NCBI RefSeq assembly: GCF_001997385.1
Contig: NZ_CP019633.1
Location: 2,040,001-2,072,000 of the forward strand
Direction: 5' to 3'
From: Sedimentisphaera cyanobacteriorum
GTDB lineage: Bacteria; Planctomycetota; Phycisphaerae; Sedimentisphaerales; Sedimentisphaeraceae
Length of the DNA: 32,000 nucleotides
In this document: positions 24,039 through 32,000 of the stretch, one piece after another
Layout of the letters: the number at the start of each line of letters is the position of its first letter
Numbering within the stretch: position 1 is the first letter of the stretch
Position numbers and translations under genes: made by a program
The notes under the pieces: generated by a model
The model's input: only the letters and a program-made list of their open reading frames with translations
Told to the model about the DNA's origin: nothing
Database searches by the model: none

Positions 24039-24053
24039 GGGTAACAAGGAATT

Positions 24054-25007
24054 ATGAAAAATAAATATTACATATTATTAGCTATTTTGGCCTTTAGCCA
24101 GGCAGTACAGGCTCGGTATATTGAAGGAATAAATTGGGCGGACGAGGTTGTAAGCCATACGGATAAGATTCAAAGCTGGGCGGATGGTTATTGCGGCGGC
24201 CCCGGAGCACATTTCATGGATCCCAATACCCCTGCCACAACATGGTGGGTACTTGGTCCCAGCGATGCCGATGGAAACGGCGATATGTACGCCCATGACT
24301 TTGCCCTGGGCGACCGCGATTATGTCGCAGGCTGGCGGACAGGATCGCTTTTACACGCGAATCAGGAAATTATCGTTCAGTTTCATGCAGGAATTAAGGA
24401 TATTGAAGGTGCGGACCTTGTTATAAGGCTGTTTTGCGGCCCTATAGCGAAAGCTTCTGTCTGGGCCAGTACTGATGGCAATGATTTTACCCAAATTGGT
24501 ACCATCGAGGGGCACTTAAACCAAATTCCCGGTATAGGCGGTGAGCTTTATGATGCGTATTTTGACTTTGACGGCTTATTCACGGCAGATGTTCATTTTA
24601 TCCGAGTTTTCAGAGAAGTGACCGAGCCGCAATCCGGAATGTTTTTTGATTCATTCAGCACCGCTTATATCGATCTGCCCGGCGATTGCAATGAGGTTGG
24701 TTTGTTTGGATGGTCGTTAGCGGGCGATATCAATAAGGATTGTTATGTTAACCTCAAGGATTTCGCAATGCTTGCGAATCAATGGCAAAAGTGCAATGAT
24801 CCTAATGATCCCGACTTTGACGCATCGCTTTTTGATGATCCAAATTCGATACCTTCAACTTGCCACGGAGTTTGGCAGGCTGGTATGGGCTTGGCCGCGG
24901 ATATTAATCAGGATTGCAAAGTAGATATTTTGGATTTGGCGACCATGATCGAAAACTATTTATGCTGCAATAATCCTGAAGATTTGAACTGTATTGTAAA
25001 TTGGTAA
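24054..25007 (+). CDS. Secreted protein with dockerin-like C-terminus (triad 2, paralog of 22591-23232)
   Basis: The N-terminal roughly 200 aa align with the PEP-CTERM neighbour (NWAD.VVS.T..IQ, DYVAGWR, NQEIIV, DLVIRL, GMFFDSF). C-terminal loops are GDINKDCYVNLKDFAMLANQW and ADINQDCKVDILDLATMIENYL. Confidence 0.8.
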   Translation: MKNKYYILLAILAFSQAVQARYIEGINWADEVVSHTDKIQSWADGYCGGPGAHFMDPNTPATTWWVLGPSDADGNGDMYAHDFALGDRDYVAGWRTGSLLHANQEIIVQFHAGIKDIEGADLVIRLFCGPIAKASVWASTDGNDFTQIGTIEGHLNQIPGIGGELYDAYFDFDGLFTADVHFIRVFREVTEPQSGMFFDSFSTAYIDLPGDCNEVGLFGWSLAGDINKDCYVNLKDFAMLANQWQKCNDPNDPDFDASLFDDPNSIPSTCHGVWQAGMGLAADINQDCKVDILDLATMIENYLCCNNPEDLNCIVNW

Positions 25008-25045
25008 ACTAAAGGTTATTTATAATTTTTTTTGGAATATAGGTA

Positions 25046-25711
25046 ATGCGAAAATATATATTAATTTTAGCCATAGTGGTAGGTAGTTTTTCTTTTTTAC
25101 AGGGATGTGAAAAAGCTGAGAATAAATCTACAGAAATAAATAGTCTTCTCGGCCAAATAAAGCCCTTGCAGGTTCAACATGACGACAATGAGGTTTTATC
25201 CATCTCTGTCAATCAGGCAATGGCCTTTCACGAAAACCATGAACATTCTCATTCTCAAGCCGAAGATTCGCACCCATCAAATGATCACCATCTCTGTATG
25301 GGAGTTTTAACCGGATACCAGGCTATTCGTTATGCTGTTGATGAGCTTTTCGGCCAAAGCGTCCCGCAGGCATCTGACTTTGAGATTAGTGTAACAGGAC
25401 CAATGGATGGCGTATGGGACATGATGAGTTTATATACGGGCAAGGAGATGAGATTCGAAGGTGAACCCCAGCCGATGGATTTGAAAAGTTTCACGTTTAC
25501 GGCCAGGAAAATATCCGAGGACAAATCACTTGTGTTCGGTCTTCGTCCGGGAATAATACCTGAGGAATTTTTTGAACTCAAGAACCAGGGGGCGACCTGC
25601 GGCAACCCGGAGTTGAGCAAATTAAAACAACAGGCATTGCTGAATATTTTATCTGTTGAGCCTGACAAGTGTTTTGAGGTTATCAATAATGACAGCGATG
25701 CCGGCCAATAG
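25046..25711 (+). CDS. His-rich lipoprotein
   Basis: Lipobox FLQGC, then HENHEHSHSQAEDSHPSNDHHLCMGVLTGYQA. The HLCxG segment faintly recalls FmdE-type domains. Confidence 0.6.
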   Translation: MRKYILILAIVVGSFSFLQGCEKAENKSTEINSLLGQIKPLQVQHDDNEVLSISVNQAMAFHENHEHSHSQAEDSHPSNDHHLCMGVLTGYQAIRYAVDELFGQSVPQASDFEISVTGPMDGVWDMMSLYTGKEMRFEGEPQPMDLKSFTFTARKISEDKSLVFGLRPGIIPEEFFELKNQGATCGNPELSKLKQQALLNILSVEPDKCFEVINNDSDAGQ

Positions 25712-25749
25712 TAGATCGATTCGAGTTTAGTATTAAAGAAAGGCAAATA

Positions 25750-25992
25750 ATGGCACAAGCATCTTTTTTTGTGAACGACATCAAGGTCAAGAGAAAAGGT
25801 GATTTCATTTTTCTTTTGGCGCAAAGAAAATGTATCCACGGCACGGTTTTCTATGAGATATGTCTGACTATGCCGGCAGAGCTTATGCATCTTTTTAGCG
25901 ATGTCGAAGGGGCCGAAGGGAACAAGTTAAACGGCAATATCAATGCTGATGATCTGGCAAAGCGGTTTAAGCGATTTTCAGGTGATAATTAA
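25750..25992 (+). CDS. Hypothetical protein
   Basis: An 80-aa ORF in an operon-like position. No recognisable motif. Confidence 0.35.
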   Translation: MAQASFFVNDIKVKRKGDFIFLLAQRKCIHGTVFYEICLTMPAELMHLFSDVEGAEGNKLNGNINADDLAKRFKRFSGDN

Positions 25993-25993
25993 A

Positions 25994-26179
25994 ATGAAGG
26001 ATTCTGAAAAAAAACAAGTACTTGATTTAGTGTCTAAGGCAGATGGGAATGATTGCAAACCAAAGGTTTATGAATCGTCGCAGCTTTTCGGAAGCCACAA
26101 TGAAATACAAATACACCATGAAGGTGAGCTATACCGAATTAGAATAACCCGGAACGGAAAATTGATAATGAATAAATAA
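25994..26179 (+). CDS. hemP: Hemin uptake protein HemP/HmuP family
   Basis: I prefer the ATG at 25994 (61 aa). The C-terminal ...SSQLFGSHNEIQIHHEGELYRIRITRNGKLIMNK matches the HemP signature. Confidence 0.8.
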   Translation: MKDSEKKQVLDLVSKADGNDCKPKVYESSQLFGSHNEIQIHHEGELYRIRITRNGKLIMNK

Positions 26180-26293
26180 TTAACAATATTAGACATAACT
26201 TGCAACCCAGCAAGCAATCCAAAAGCCAGCCAGGGAGCAATAGAAGCATTTACCTCATGCATCTATTGCTCTTTTTTTATGCAAGTCTTCGAG

Positions 26294-26444
26294 GAAAGGA
26301 GGTTGGTGATATGGCATAGGCTTAAAAAGTAAACGGATTGAAGAAGTTGAAAGGAGTTTTTGTATAAAGCCTCGAAATGGTTTCGGAGCAGAAATGAAAA
26401 TTTATTAAATGAAAAACGAAGAAGAAAGAATTGGAGAAATTCAC
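26294..26444 (+). promoter_or_regulatory. Conserved leader element, copy 2 (upstream of the triad 3 PEP-CTERM gene)
   Basis: See 22442-22590. Confidence 0.6.
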
Positions 26445-27131
26445 ATGAAAAATGTAAAAAGAAATTTAACGTTGTTGGTTGCGGCAGTTGCAGCTTTGAG
26501 TCTTGTTTCAGGTGCGAATGCCAGTCTTGGCGATTTGGAGCGAACAGGTTACACCGCCATGGGCGGAAGTGTCCAAGGCAGCCCACTGGGGCATATTAGC
26601 CAAGAGCCAGGTGATAGAGATTATGTCCTTTTGCAGCCGCTCGATGGCGGAATGTATGGTCCTGAGATGTGGGGTTATGCATGGATGAAATTTGATGTAA
26701 CCGCAACAGCACCTGTCGATTCGGCATTTCTGGTATTGAACCAACTACCCGGAGACGGAATGGGATATGTTGAACCAACGCCAGAAAATCCGGTTGATTT
26801 TTCCATTCATTCAGTAAACGCAGATGTGGCCGGCATTACAATCGACACTGCGGTTATGGAGAATTTCAAAAATAACAATGTTGTTGCGATTCCTGAAATA
26901 ACAGCCTCAATTTTAAGTCCCGGTGTCTTTAGCGTGGACATTACAGATATCTACAATGGCTGGATTACAGGAGACAACTACGGTATGGTTCTTTCGGGAG
27001 CAGGAAAATTTTCAAGCATAGGACATCCTGATGGTGATGCTCCATACCTAAGCACAACAGTAGTTCCTGAGCCGGCAACAGTAGCTTTGTTTGGCCTTGG
27101 CGGGCTATTGTTCCGTAGAAAACGGAAATAA
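26445..27131 (+). CDS. PEP-CTERM protein (triad 3)
   Basis: I prefer the ATG at 26445 (GGAG 9 nt upstream). MKNVKRNLTLLVAAVAALSLVSGANA. C-terminus VPEPATVALFGLGGLLFRRKRK. Confidence 0.85.
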   Translation: MKNVKRNLTLLVAAVAALSLVSGANASLGDLERTGYTAMGGSVQGSPLGHISQEPGDRDYVLLQPLDGGMYGPEMWGYAWMKFDVTATAPVDSAFLVLNQLPGDGMGYVEPTPENPVDFSIHSVNADVAGITIDTAVMENFKNNNVVAIPEITASILSPGVFSVDITDIYNGWITGDNYGMVLSGAGKFSSIGHPDGDAPYLSTTVVPEPATVALFGLGGLLFRRKRK

Positions 27132-27151
27132 AATAGATAATTGTTGATTTT

Positions 27152-27184
27152 GATATCCGGCCCTGTTGGGCAGGGCCTGATATC
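27152..27184 (+). terminator. Hairpin after the triad 3 PEP-CTERM gene (attenuator or terminator)
   Basis: ATATCCGGCCCTG-ttgg-CAGGGCCTGATAT, a 13-bp stem with one mismatch. Confidence 0.4.
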
Positions 27185-27208
27185 TTTAAAGAAAGGAAAA
27201 CCAAAAAA

Positions 27209-28696
27209 ATGAACAAAAGATATATCATAATTACAGTTTTGCTATGCGGCTGCTTAACCGGTGTATCGAACGGTTTCCAACTAAACCCTGAGCTGGATTT
27301 CTATACACCTATGTCAACAATGGTTGTTCCAGACAGGACTTATTTGCTTACCTCGAATGCATACGAGTGGATGGACATGGGATCCGGGCCGGAAAGTTTT
27401 GAAACATTGCTTTTTTTGAAATTCGACACAGATTCAGTCCCCCAGGAAGAGGTCTCTCAGGCATGGCTTAGGCTGGGTTCAGGGGCTGGAGGCACAATGG
27501 GCGAGACCTCTCGTCCAGTTTTGGTTTCCGTTCATCCTGTGGACAGGGATATTTCAGAAATGCTTGACGGGACAACATCTCCCCGAGATTTTTATGTATT
27601 TAACGATCATATTCTTGACTCGGTTGATAGTGTTATGGTCTTTCAAGATGGAGTTTGTTACTGGGACATTACTGACATTGTAAACAACTGGATTCTTTAT
27701 CAAAATACTGCCGGCTCTGAGGGATATGAGAATCTGGGACTGGCTATTACCGGAAGAGATGATGCAGGAGCGTTGGATCCCAATGATAATGAGCATGCAG
27801 GTTTCTGGTCATCTCGAGCCCAAAGTATGCCAAATGCTGCGCGGCCGGCTCTGTTCATTATAGAATCCGAAGACCCATTAGATTTGCCGTGGCTTCCTGA
27901 ATGGAGCGTCAATTCAGGTTTCTCTACCCAATTCTGGACCCTTTCAGGCGAGGCTGGTCGGCTGGAGCAAGGAGCAACTGCGGACGGCTATATGGAAAAC
28001 AGTTTTGGTCAGCCCTATATTGAGTGGGAGCAGGAAGAAGAATTTGCCGGTTCAGAAATCATTAATCCTTTTTTAACATGGCACCCATTTGCTGACAGCC
28101 CCGATGGCAGCGCACATCCGGACTGGGTCGGGGGAGTCTATGGCGGGGTTTATCGGGGCGCAGGCGGATCGTACGATCAACATACGCTTTCGGCTTTCGT
28201 ACCAACCGGAGAAGAGCAAGGTTCATTAACCGTATTGGTGCAGTATGACTGGTTTGACAGAGGTGTTGTTGATGTTAATGTTATATCCGGCCAAGAGATA
28301 TTCCTCGAAAACGGCTTTGATGTATTAGTCGGTACTGCAGGGGATCACAGTTGGTACCGCAGCACAAGGGCATATGAACTTATTGACAACCCCGGAGAAA
28401 TAGAAGTGGAGTTTATTATTTCGGGTCAGGAGCCCTACCTCGCCTCTTTTTCGGTTACGACTGCTTTGAATACAGCAGTACCGCAAGGTCCAGTTCGACA
28501 TATTAATGACTACAATTTTGATGGGATCATTAATTTTTGTGATTTTGCTGTTTTTGCATTGGAATGGACGCAAACAGAACCACCTTTGTTTTACGATCTT
28601 ACTGATAGCGGTTTTGTGGGAATTGAGGACTTGGCCCTATTTTCGGAATCATGGCTGCATACAAGTTTGTTTAGATACTTACAACAGGATAACTAA
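27209..28696 (+). CDS. Secreted protein with dockerin-like C-terminus (triad 3, N-terminal domain paralogous to 26445-27131)
   Basis: 495 aa. WDITDIVNNWIL...NLGLAITG parallels VDITDIYNGWITGDNYGMVLSG in the neighbour. C-terminal loops are NDYNFDGIINFCDFAVFALEW and DLTDSGFVGIEDLALFSESWL. Confidence 0.8.
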   Translation: MNKRYIIITVLLCGCLTGVSNGFQLNPELDFYTPMSTMVVPDRTYLLTSNAYEWMDMGSGPESFETLLFLKFDTDSVPQEEVSQAWLRLGSGAGGTMGETSRPVLVSVHPVDRDISEMLDGTTSPRDFYVFNDHILDSVDSVMVFQDGVCYWDITDIVNNWILYQNTAGSEGYENLGLAITGRDDAGALDPNDNEHAGFWSSRAQSMPNAARPALFIIESEDPLDLPWLPEWSVNSGFSTQFWTLSGEAGRLEQGATADGYMENSFGQPYIEWEQEEEFAGSEIINPFLTWHPFADSPDGSAHPDWVGGVYGGVYRGAGGSYDQHTLSAFVPTGEEQGSLTVLVQYDWFDRGVVDVNVISGQEIFLENGFDVLVGTAGDHSWYRSTRAYELIDNPGEIEVEFIISGQEPYLASFSVTTALNTAVPQGPVRHINDYNFDGIINFCDFAVFALEWTQTEPPLFYDLTDSGFVGIEDLALFSESWLHTSLFRYLQQDN

Positions 28697-28710
28697 CGCA
28701 GGACTAACAT

Positions 28711-29511
28711 ATGCAATATTCTACTGAAAAACAAAATGGCTTTACCCTTATAGAACTTCTGGTAGTTATTTCTATTATCAGTTTGTTGATAGCATTTCTT
28801 TTGCCTGCTTTGCGCAGGGCCAGAGAAGCAGCAAAGCAAATATCCTGTGCTTCTAATATGCGACAGATATCTCTTGCGTTCAACATGTATGGAATGTCAA
28901 ACGAAGACAAAATTCCGGTCGCATCGAAAATAATGGGAGCCAATAACCCATGGATATGGGCACTTTTGCCTTATATCCAGGGTGACCAGAACAAATCACA
29001 GACATTTGAAAGACCGGCAGAGCTTTGGTTTTGTCCTTCCGACCATGATCCATACCCTTTACATTACGCCCCGCATGGTCAGGAGTACACAAGTTACGCA
29101 TTGAATGGATATTATGAAGAAGCCCAGGCCGGTTCCGGATGGTCTGGCGGGTCACCGGAAATCAGGATCGGGCCTGCCGGCGGATATAAATACACCCAGC
29201 TCAGAAACCCATCAAGTGTGATGCTGATGATGGAAACCAGCTATTATGGTCAGGTTTACGACATGAAAAACCCCCATGTCCGACCATATACTTTACCATC
29301 GGAGGGACATCATCGAAATACAAGTGGTTTTTATCATAGTGGCAAAATGAATCTGATGTTCATCGATGGCCATGTCGAATCCATAAGTGGCAAAAAAGCC
29401 GATCCATGGCCCGCGCCGTTCTCGGTTTCGTCTCAGGGAGGGATATTCTGGCCCGAACTTTCGTTGCCGGATTCAATTGAAAAGAGAACGCTGTGGGGGC
29501 CAGGTTACTAA
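28711..29511 (+). CDS. Prepilin-type N-terminal + H-X9-DG (DUF1559) protein (triad 3)
   Basis: [43 protein letters not shown], and [15 protein letters not shown]. Confidence 0.9.
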   Translation: MQYSTEKQNGFTLIELLVVISIISLLIAFLLPALRRAREAAKQISCASNMRQISLAFNMYGMSNEDKIPVASKIMGANNPWIWALLPYIQGDQNKSQTFERPAELWFCPSDHDPYPLHYAPHGQEYTSYALNGYYEEAQAGSGWSGGSPEIRIGPAGGYKYTQLRNPSSVMLMMETSYYGQVYDMKNPHVRPYTLPSEGHHRNTSGFYHSGKMNLMFIDGHVESISGKKADPWPAPFSVSSQGGIFWPELSLPDSIEKRTLWGPGY

Positions 29512-30464
29512 TGAATTTCCTTATAAAATGTTGTTTAAGCTTACTTATATTTTTGACTGGATGCCATACAATGAATACTAATGTTGGCCGTTATGGTTTT
29601 TGGGTAGATGCCTACATAGGCGAACCTATTGCTTATGATGAATTGGTAACAGATTTATCGCAGGTCGATATTGTTTATCTTGGTGAGAGACATACACTAA
29701 AACGCCACCATGATATTCAGCAAAAAATTATTACAGAGCTGATTTTAAAAGATAAGCATATTATCCTTGGCCTTGAACAATTCGAAGCTTTTCAGCAGCC
29801 AATAATTGAAAAATATAATCGTAGCGAAATCACACTTGATCAGTTAACCGAACAAACTGATTGGCCATCACGATGGAGTAACTACCTTGATTATTGTGAT
29901 ATTGTAAAGGCAGTACATGATGCAGGCGGTGAAGTAGTCGGACTCAATGCCCGTCAGGAAATAGTCAGGAAGGTGGCTCGAAAAGGAATGGATTCTTTGA
30001 CTAACGAGGAAAGGAATGAGTTGCCTGTTGAAATTGACACCAGTAATGAATCTTATCGTCAACATATGAATAACACAATGATGGTAATGGCACATGTAAA
30101 AAACAATCCTGACATGCTGGATAGAATGTTTACCGCCCAGGTTTGCAGAGATGAAATGATGGCAGAAAGTCTTTATAAGGCAATCAAATCTTCAGAAAAG
30201 CAAAATAGCATAGCTGTTGTCTTGTGCGGCAGTGGCCATTTGATTCATGGTTCGGGAATTCCATCTCGATTGAAGCGAAGGTTGCCGAATTTAAAAGATA
30301 GAATTGTTGTTTTAAGCGGGAGCGGAGATGTGGAATTATCTAAAAGCATGCAAGCAATGAGTAGAGATGTTAAAACTTCTCATCAACAATTGAAATGTTT
30401 TGAAACACCTGTAGCGGATTATCTACATGTTGTAAACCTTGATGGACAATTGGATAAGTACTAA
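29511..30464 (+). CDS. chaN: ChaN-family (heme-binding, Tiki/ChaN superfamily) lipoprotein
   Basis: The ATG at 29511 overlaps the preceding stop (TAATG). Lipobox LTGC. DIVYLGERHT...HHDIQ...LGLEQFE...VVGLNA are typical of ChaN. Confidence 0.8.
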   Translation: MNFLIKCCLSLLIFLTGCHTMNTNVGRYGFWVDAYIGEPIAYDELVTDLSQVDIVYLGERHTLKRHHDIQQKIITELILKDKHIILGLEQFEAFQQPIIEKYNRSEITLDQLTEQTDWPSRWSNYLDYCDIVKAVHDAGGEVVGLNARQEIVRKVARKGMDSLTNEERNELPVEIDTSNESYRQHMNNTMMVMAHVKNNPDMLDRMFTAQVCRDEMMAESLYKAIKSSEKQNSIAVVLCGSGHLIHGSGIPSRLKRRLPNLKDRIVVLSGSGDVELSKSMQAMSRDVKTSHQQLKCFETPVADYLHVVNLDGQLDKY

Positions 30465-30594
30465 GAATCAAATTAAAATAAAAAGCCTATTTCTATATTA
30501 AATGGGGGGACTCGAAAGTGTTATGTTTACACCAGCGAGTTTAGGCTTGCTGGTGCAGACGATTTAGTGAATTTTTATTTAAAATGGAAATAAA

Positions 30595-30726
30595 ATGAAA
30601 CCAAAATGTGAAAATTCTAATTGTAACTGTGATGGAAAATGCAAAGTCTGTCAATGCCGTGAAACCGTAGCAATTGCCGTGCAGTCTCAAGTCAAAGAGA
30701 AAAAGGCCGAAAGGACTGCAAAATGA
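30595..30726 (+). CDS. Unannotated 43-aa Cys-rich ORF, translationally coupled to the radical SAM gene
   Basis: MKPKCENSNCNCDGKCKVCQCRETVAIAVQSQVKEKKAERTAK has 6 Cys in residues 5-21. Its stop overlaps the next ATG (ATGA at 30723-30726). It is below the ORF-track length cut-off. Confidence 0.45.
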   Translation: MKPKCENSNCNCDGKCKVCQCRETVAIAVQSQVKEKKAERTAK

Positions 30727-32000
30727 ATGCAAAAACTGAAACAATCAATTTTTCCAATAGTAATGGACAAAAGCAGTATCAAACGGAGAAACCCTGTGAA
30801 TTTCCTTTTGACTCACGTTTTCGCAGCCACATGGATACTTACGGCTGGAGCCGGGTATCACCAACCGGCAATGAAAAAGAATACCGGCTGAATATCATTA
30901 AAAACGGCAGCAGTGAAATGAACAGGCGAACAGCTTACATTCATATTCCGTTTTGCGGTACACTTTGTACGTTCTGTAATTTCATGAGAAAGCCCGGCAC
31001 TGCTGCGATGGCCGCTGATTATGCCCAACTGGTTATACAGGAATTACAATGGTATAAGGGTTCTGGTTACATTTCTCAAGGCGGATTTGAGGCACTGTAT
31101 CTGGGGGGCGGGACACCGTCACTATTACCTGCTGAAGCTATGTCGGAACTGCTGAATACTGCTCGCAAAACACTTGGACTTGACGAAACGGCAGAGATCA
31201 CCATTGAGTCAACGGTACATGACCTTACTCAGGAAAAACTTGATGCAATGGTCCAGTCTGGCGTAACACGCATCAGCCTTGGCGTGCAGACATTTAATTC
31301 TGATATGCGGCGGCAGCTGGGAAGGCTCTCTGATAAGGAAACGATTTACAGCACCATCGAAATGGCGAGAAAGGCCGGAATCAAAACCATTTCTTCTGAC
31401 ATTCTTTATCGCCTGCCGGGTCAAAATCTTCAGGAATTCCAGGCTGATCTTGAATGCGCGGTCGAGTTAAACCTGGATGGTGTATCTTTGTATCCTTTGA
31501 TTGCCATGGGCGGAACACCTTTAGAAAAACGGCTAAAAGAGGGCAAAATTCCTCCATTACCAGATATTTCTATCGAGCTGGAACAATGTAAAGCAACAAA
31601 GAAGTTCCTGATCGATGCTGGCTACCAGCAGGACACGTGCACTCATTTTGTCAAGCCAACAGATCGAAATCTCTATGCGAATATCCGTCTGGATGATGGA
31701 GACTGTCTGCCCATCGGCAGCAGTGCCGGCGGCTATCTTGGCCCGCTTGTTCTTATGAACGCCATGGATAAGCAGATGTATCAGATGCAAATCTCTGGAG
31801 GCAAGTCCGGATATATGGCTTCTGTTCTGCTGCCGTCGAAATCCAGAATGCTAAGGTCGGTTACCGGGCAGCTTCAGCGTGGTTTTCTAAATGTTGAAAC
31901 TGTTTGGCAGGATGGTACGTTGGAACCCAAGACTCTTTTGCAAGATAAGATTGATCAGTACCTTGAAAATGGATTGCTTGAAAAAGATGGACAGCAGTAC
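30723..32000 (+). CDS. HemN-like radical SAM enzyme, ChuW/HutW-type (anaerobic heme degradation) candidate; partial, runs off the right edge
   Basis: Absent from the ORF track because no stop lies in the window. The frame is open from ATG 30723 to 32000. YIHIPFCGTLCTFCNF (CxxxCxxC), LYLGGGTPS and RISLGVQTF are present. DRNLYANIRLDDGDCLPIGSSAGGY resembles E. coli ChuW ERNLYNLLIKQGADCLAFGSGAGGS. Confidence 0.85.
   Translation, partial: MNAKTETINFSNSNGQKQYQTEKPCEFPFDSRFRSHMDTYGWSRVSPTGNEKEYRLNIIKNGSSEMNRRTAYIHIPFCGTLCTFCNFMRKPGTAAMAADYAQLVIQELQWYKGSGYISQGGFEALYLGGGTPSLLPAEAMSELLNTARKTLGLDETAEITIESTVHDLTQEKLDAMVQSGVTRISLGVQTFNSDMRRQLGRLSDKETIYSTIEMARKAGIKTISSDILYRLPGQNLQEFQADLECAVELNLDGVSLYPLIAMGGTPLEKRLKEGKIPPLPDISIELEQCKATKKFLIDAGYQQDTCTHFVKPTDRNLYANIRLDDGDCLPIGSSAGGYLGPLVLMNAMDKQMYQMQISGGKSGYMASVLLPSKSRMLRSVTGQLQRGFLNVETVWQDGTLEPKTLLQDKIDQYLENGLLEKDGQQY

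Noticed and set aside
25330-25890. A 186-aa minus-strand ORF.
   Set aside because: It is antisense to the His-rich lipoprotein gene and the following ORF. It has no motifs, and the plus-strand genes fit the operon structure.
30595-30726. The Cys-rich peptide as a SCIFF-type (six Cys in forty-five residues) RiPP precursor.
   Set aside because: In SCIFF peptides the Cys cluster is C-terminal and the partner is a SPASM-domain radical SAM enzyme. Here the cluster is N-terminal and the partner is HemN/ChuW-like. I keep it as an unknown, not as SCIFF.
1-32000. CRISPR arrays, rRNA and tRNA genes.
   Set aside because: I saw no regularly spaced direct repeats and no cloverleaf or T-loop (GGTTCGAAT-type) candidates with flanking stems. 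The only tandem repeat (1999-2024) has two 12-bp units.

Overview
This 32-kb window comes from a low-GC genome (about 40% by eye). Its gene content is PEP-CTERM sorting signals, prepilin-type N-terminal + H-X9-DG (DUF1559) proteins and dockerin-like C-termini. That points to the PVC superphylum (Planctomycetota/Lentisphaerota/Kiritimatiellota-like), which is an inference. There are four blocks. (1) 1-1750 holds the 5' end of a hypothetical gene, two non-coding repeat units (A, B) and a PEP-CTERM gene. (2) About 2150-11060 is a sharply delimited high-GC (about 60% by eye) island. It carries three minus-strand genes for secreted EF-hand/alpha-beta-hydrolase proteins, which are mosaics of one another. 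(3) 11158-16870 is a second, split copy of repeats A and B. It brackets an IS1182-family insertion sequence and a complete diversity-generating retroelement (DGR): a PEP-CTERM-anchored FGE/C-type-lectin-fold target with VR, then Avd, reverse transcriptase and TR. A decayed tyrosine-integrase gene follows. (4) 16950-32000 is an iron/heme-responsive island. It has divergent Fur-family and DtxR-family regulators, flavodoxin, HemP, ChaN and a ChuW/HutW-like radical SAM enzyme preceded by an unannotated 43-aa Cys-rich ORF. Embedded in it are three copies of an uncharacterised gene triad: a PEP-CTERM protein, a paralog with a dockerin-like tail, and a DUF1559 pseudopilin. I saw no rRNA, tRNA or CRISPR array. 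All family assignments rest on motifs read by eye from the translations. No database search was possible.
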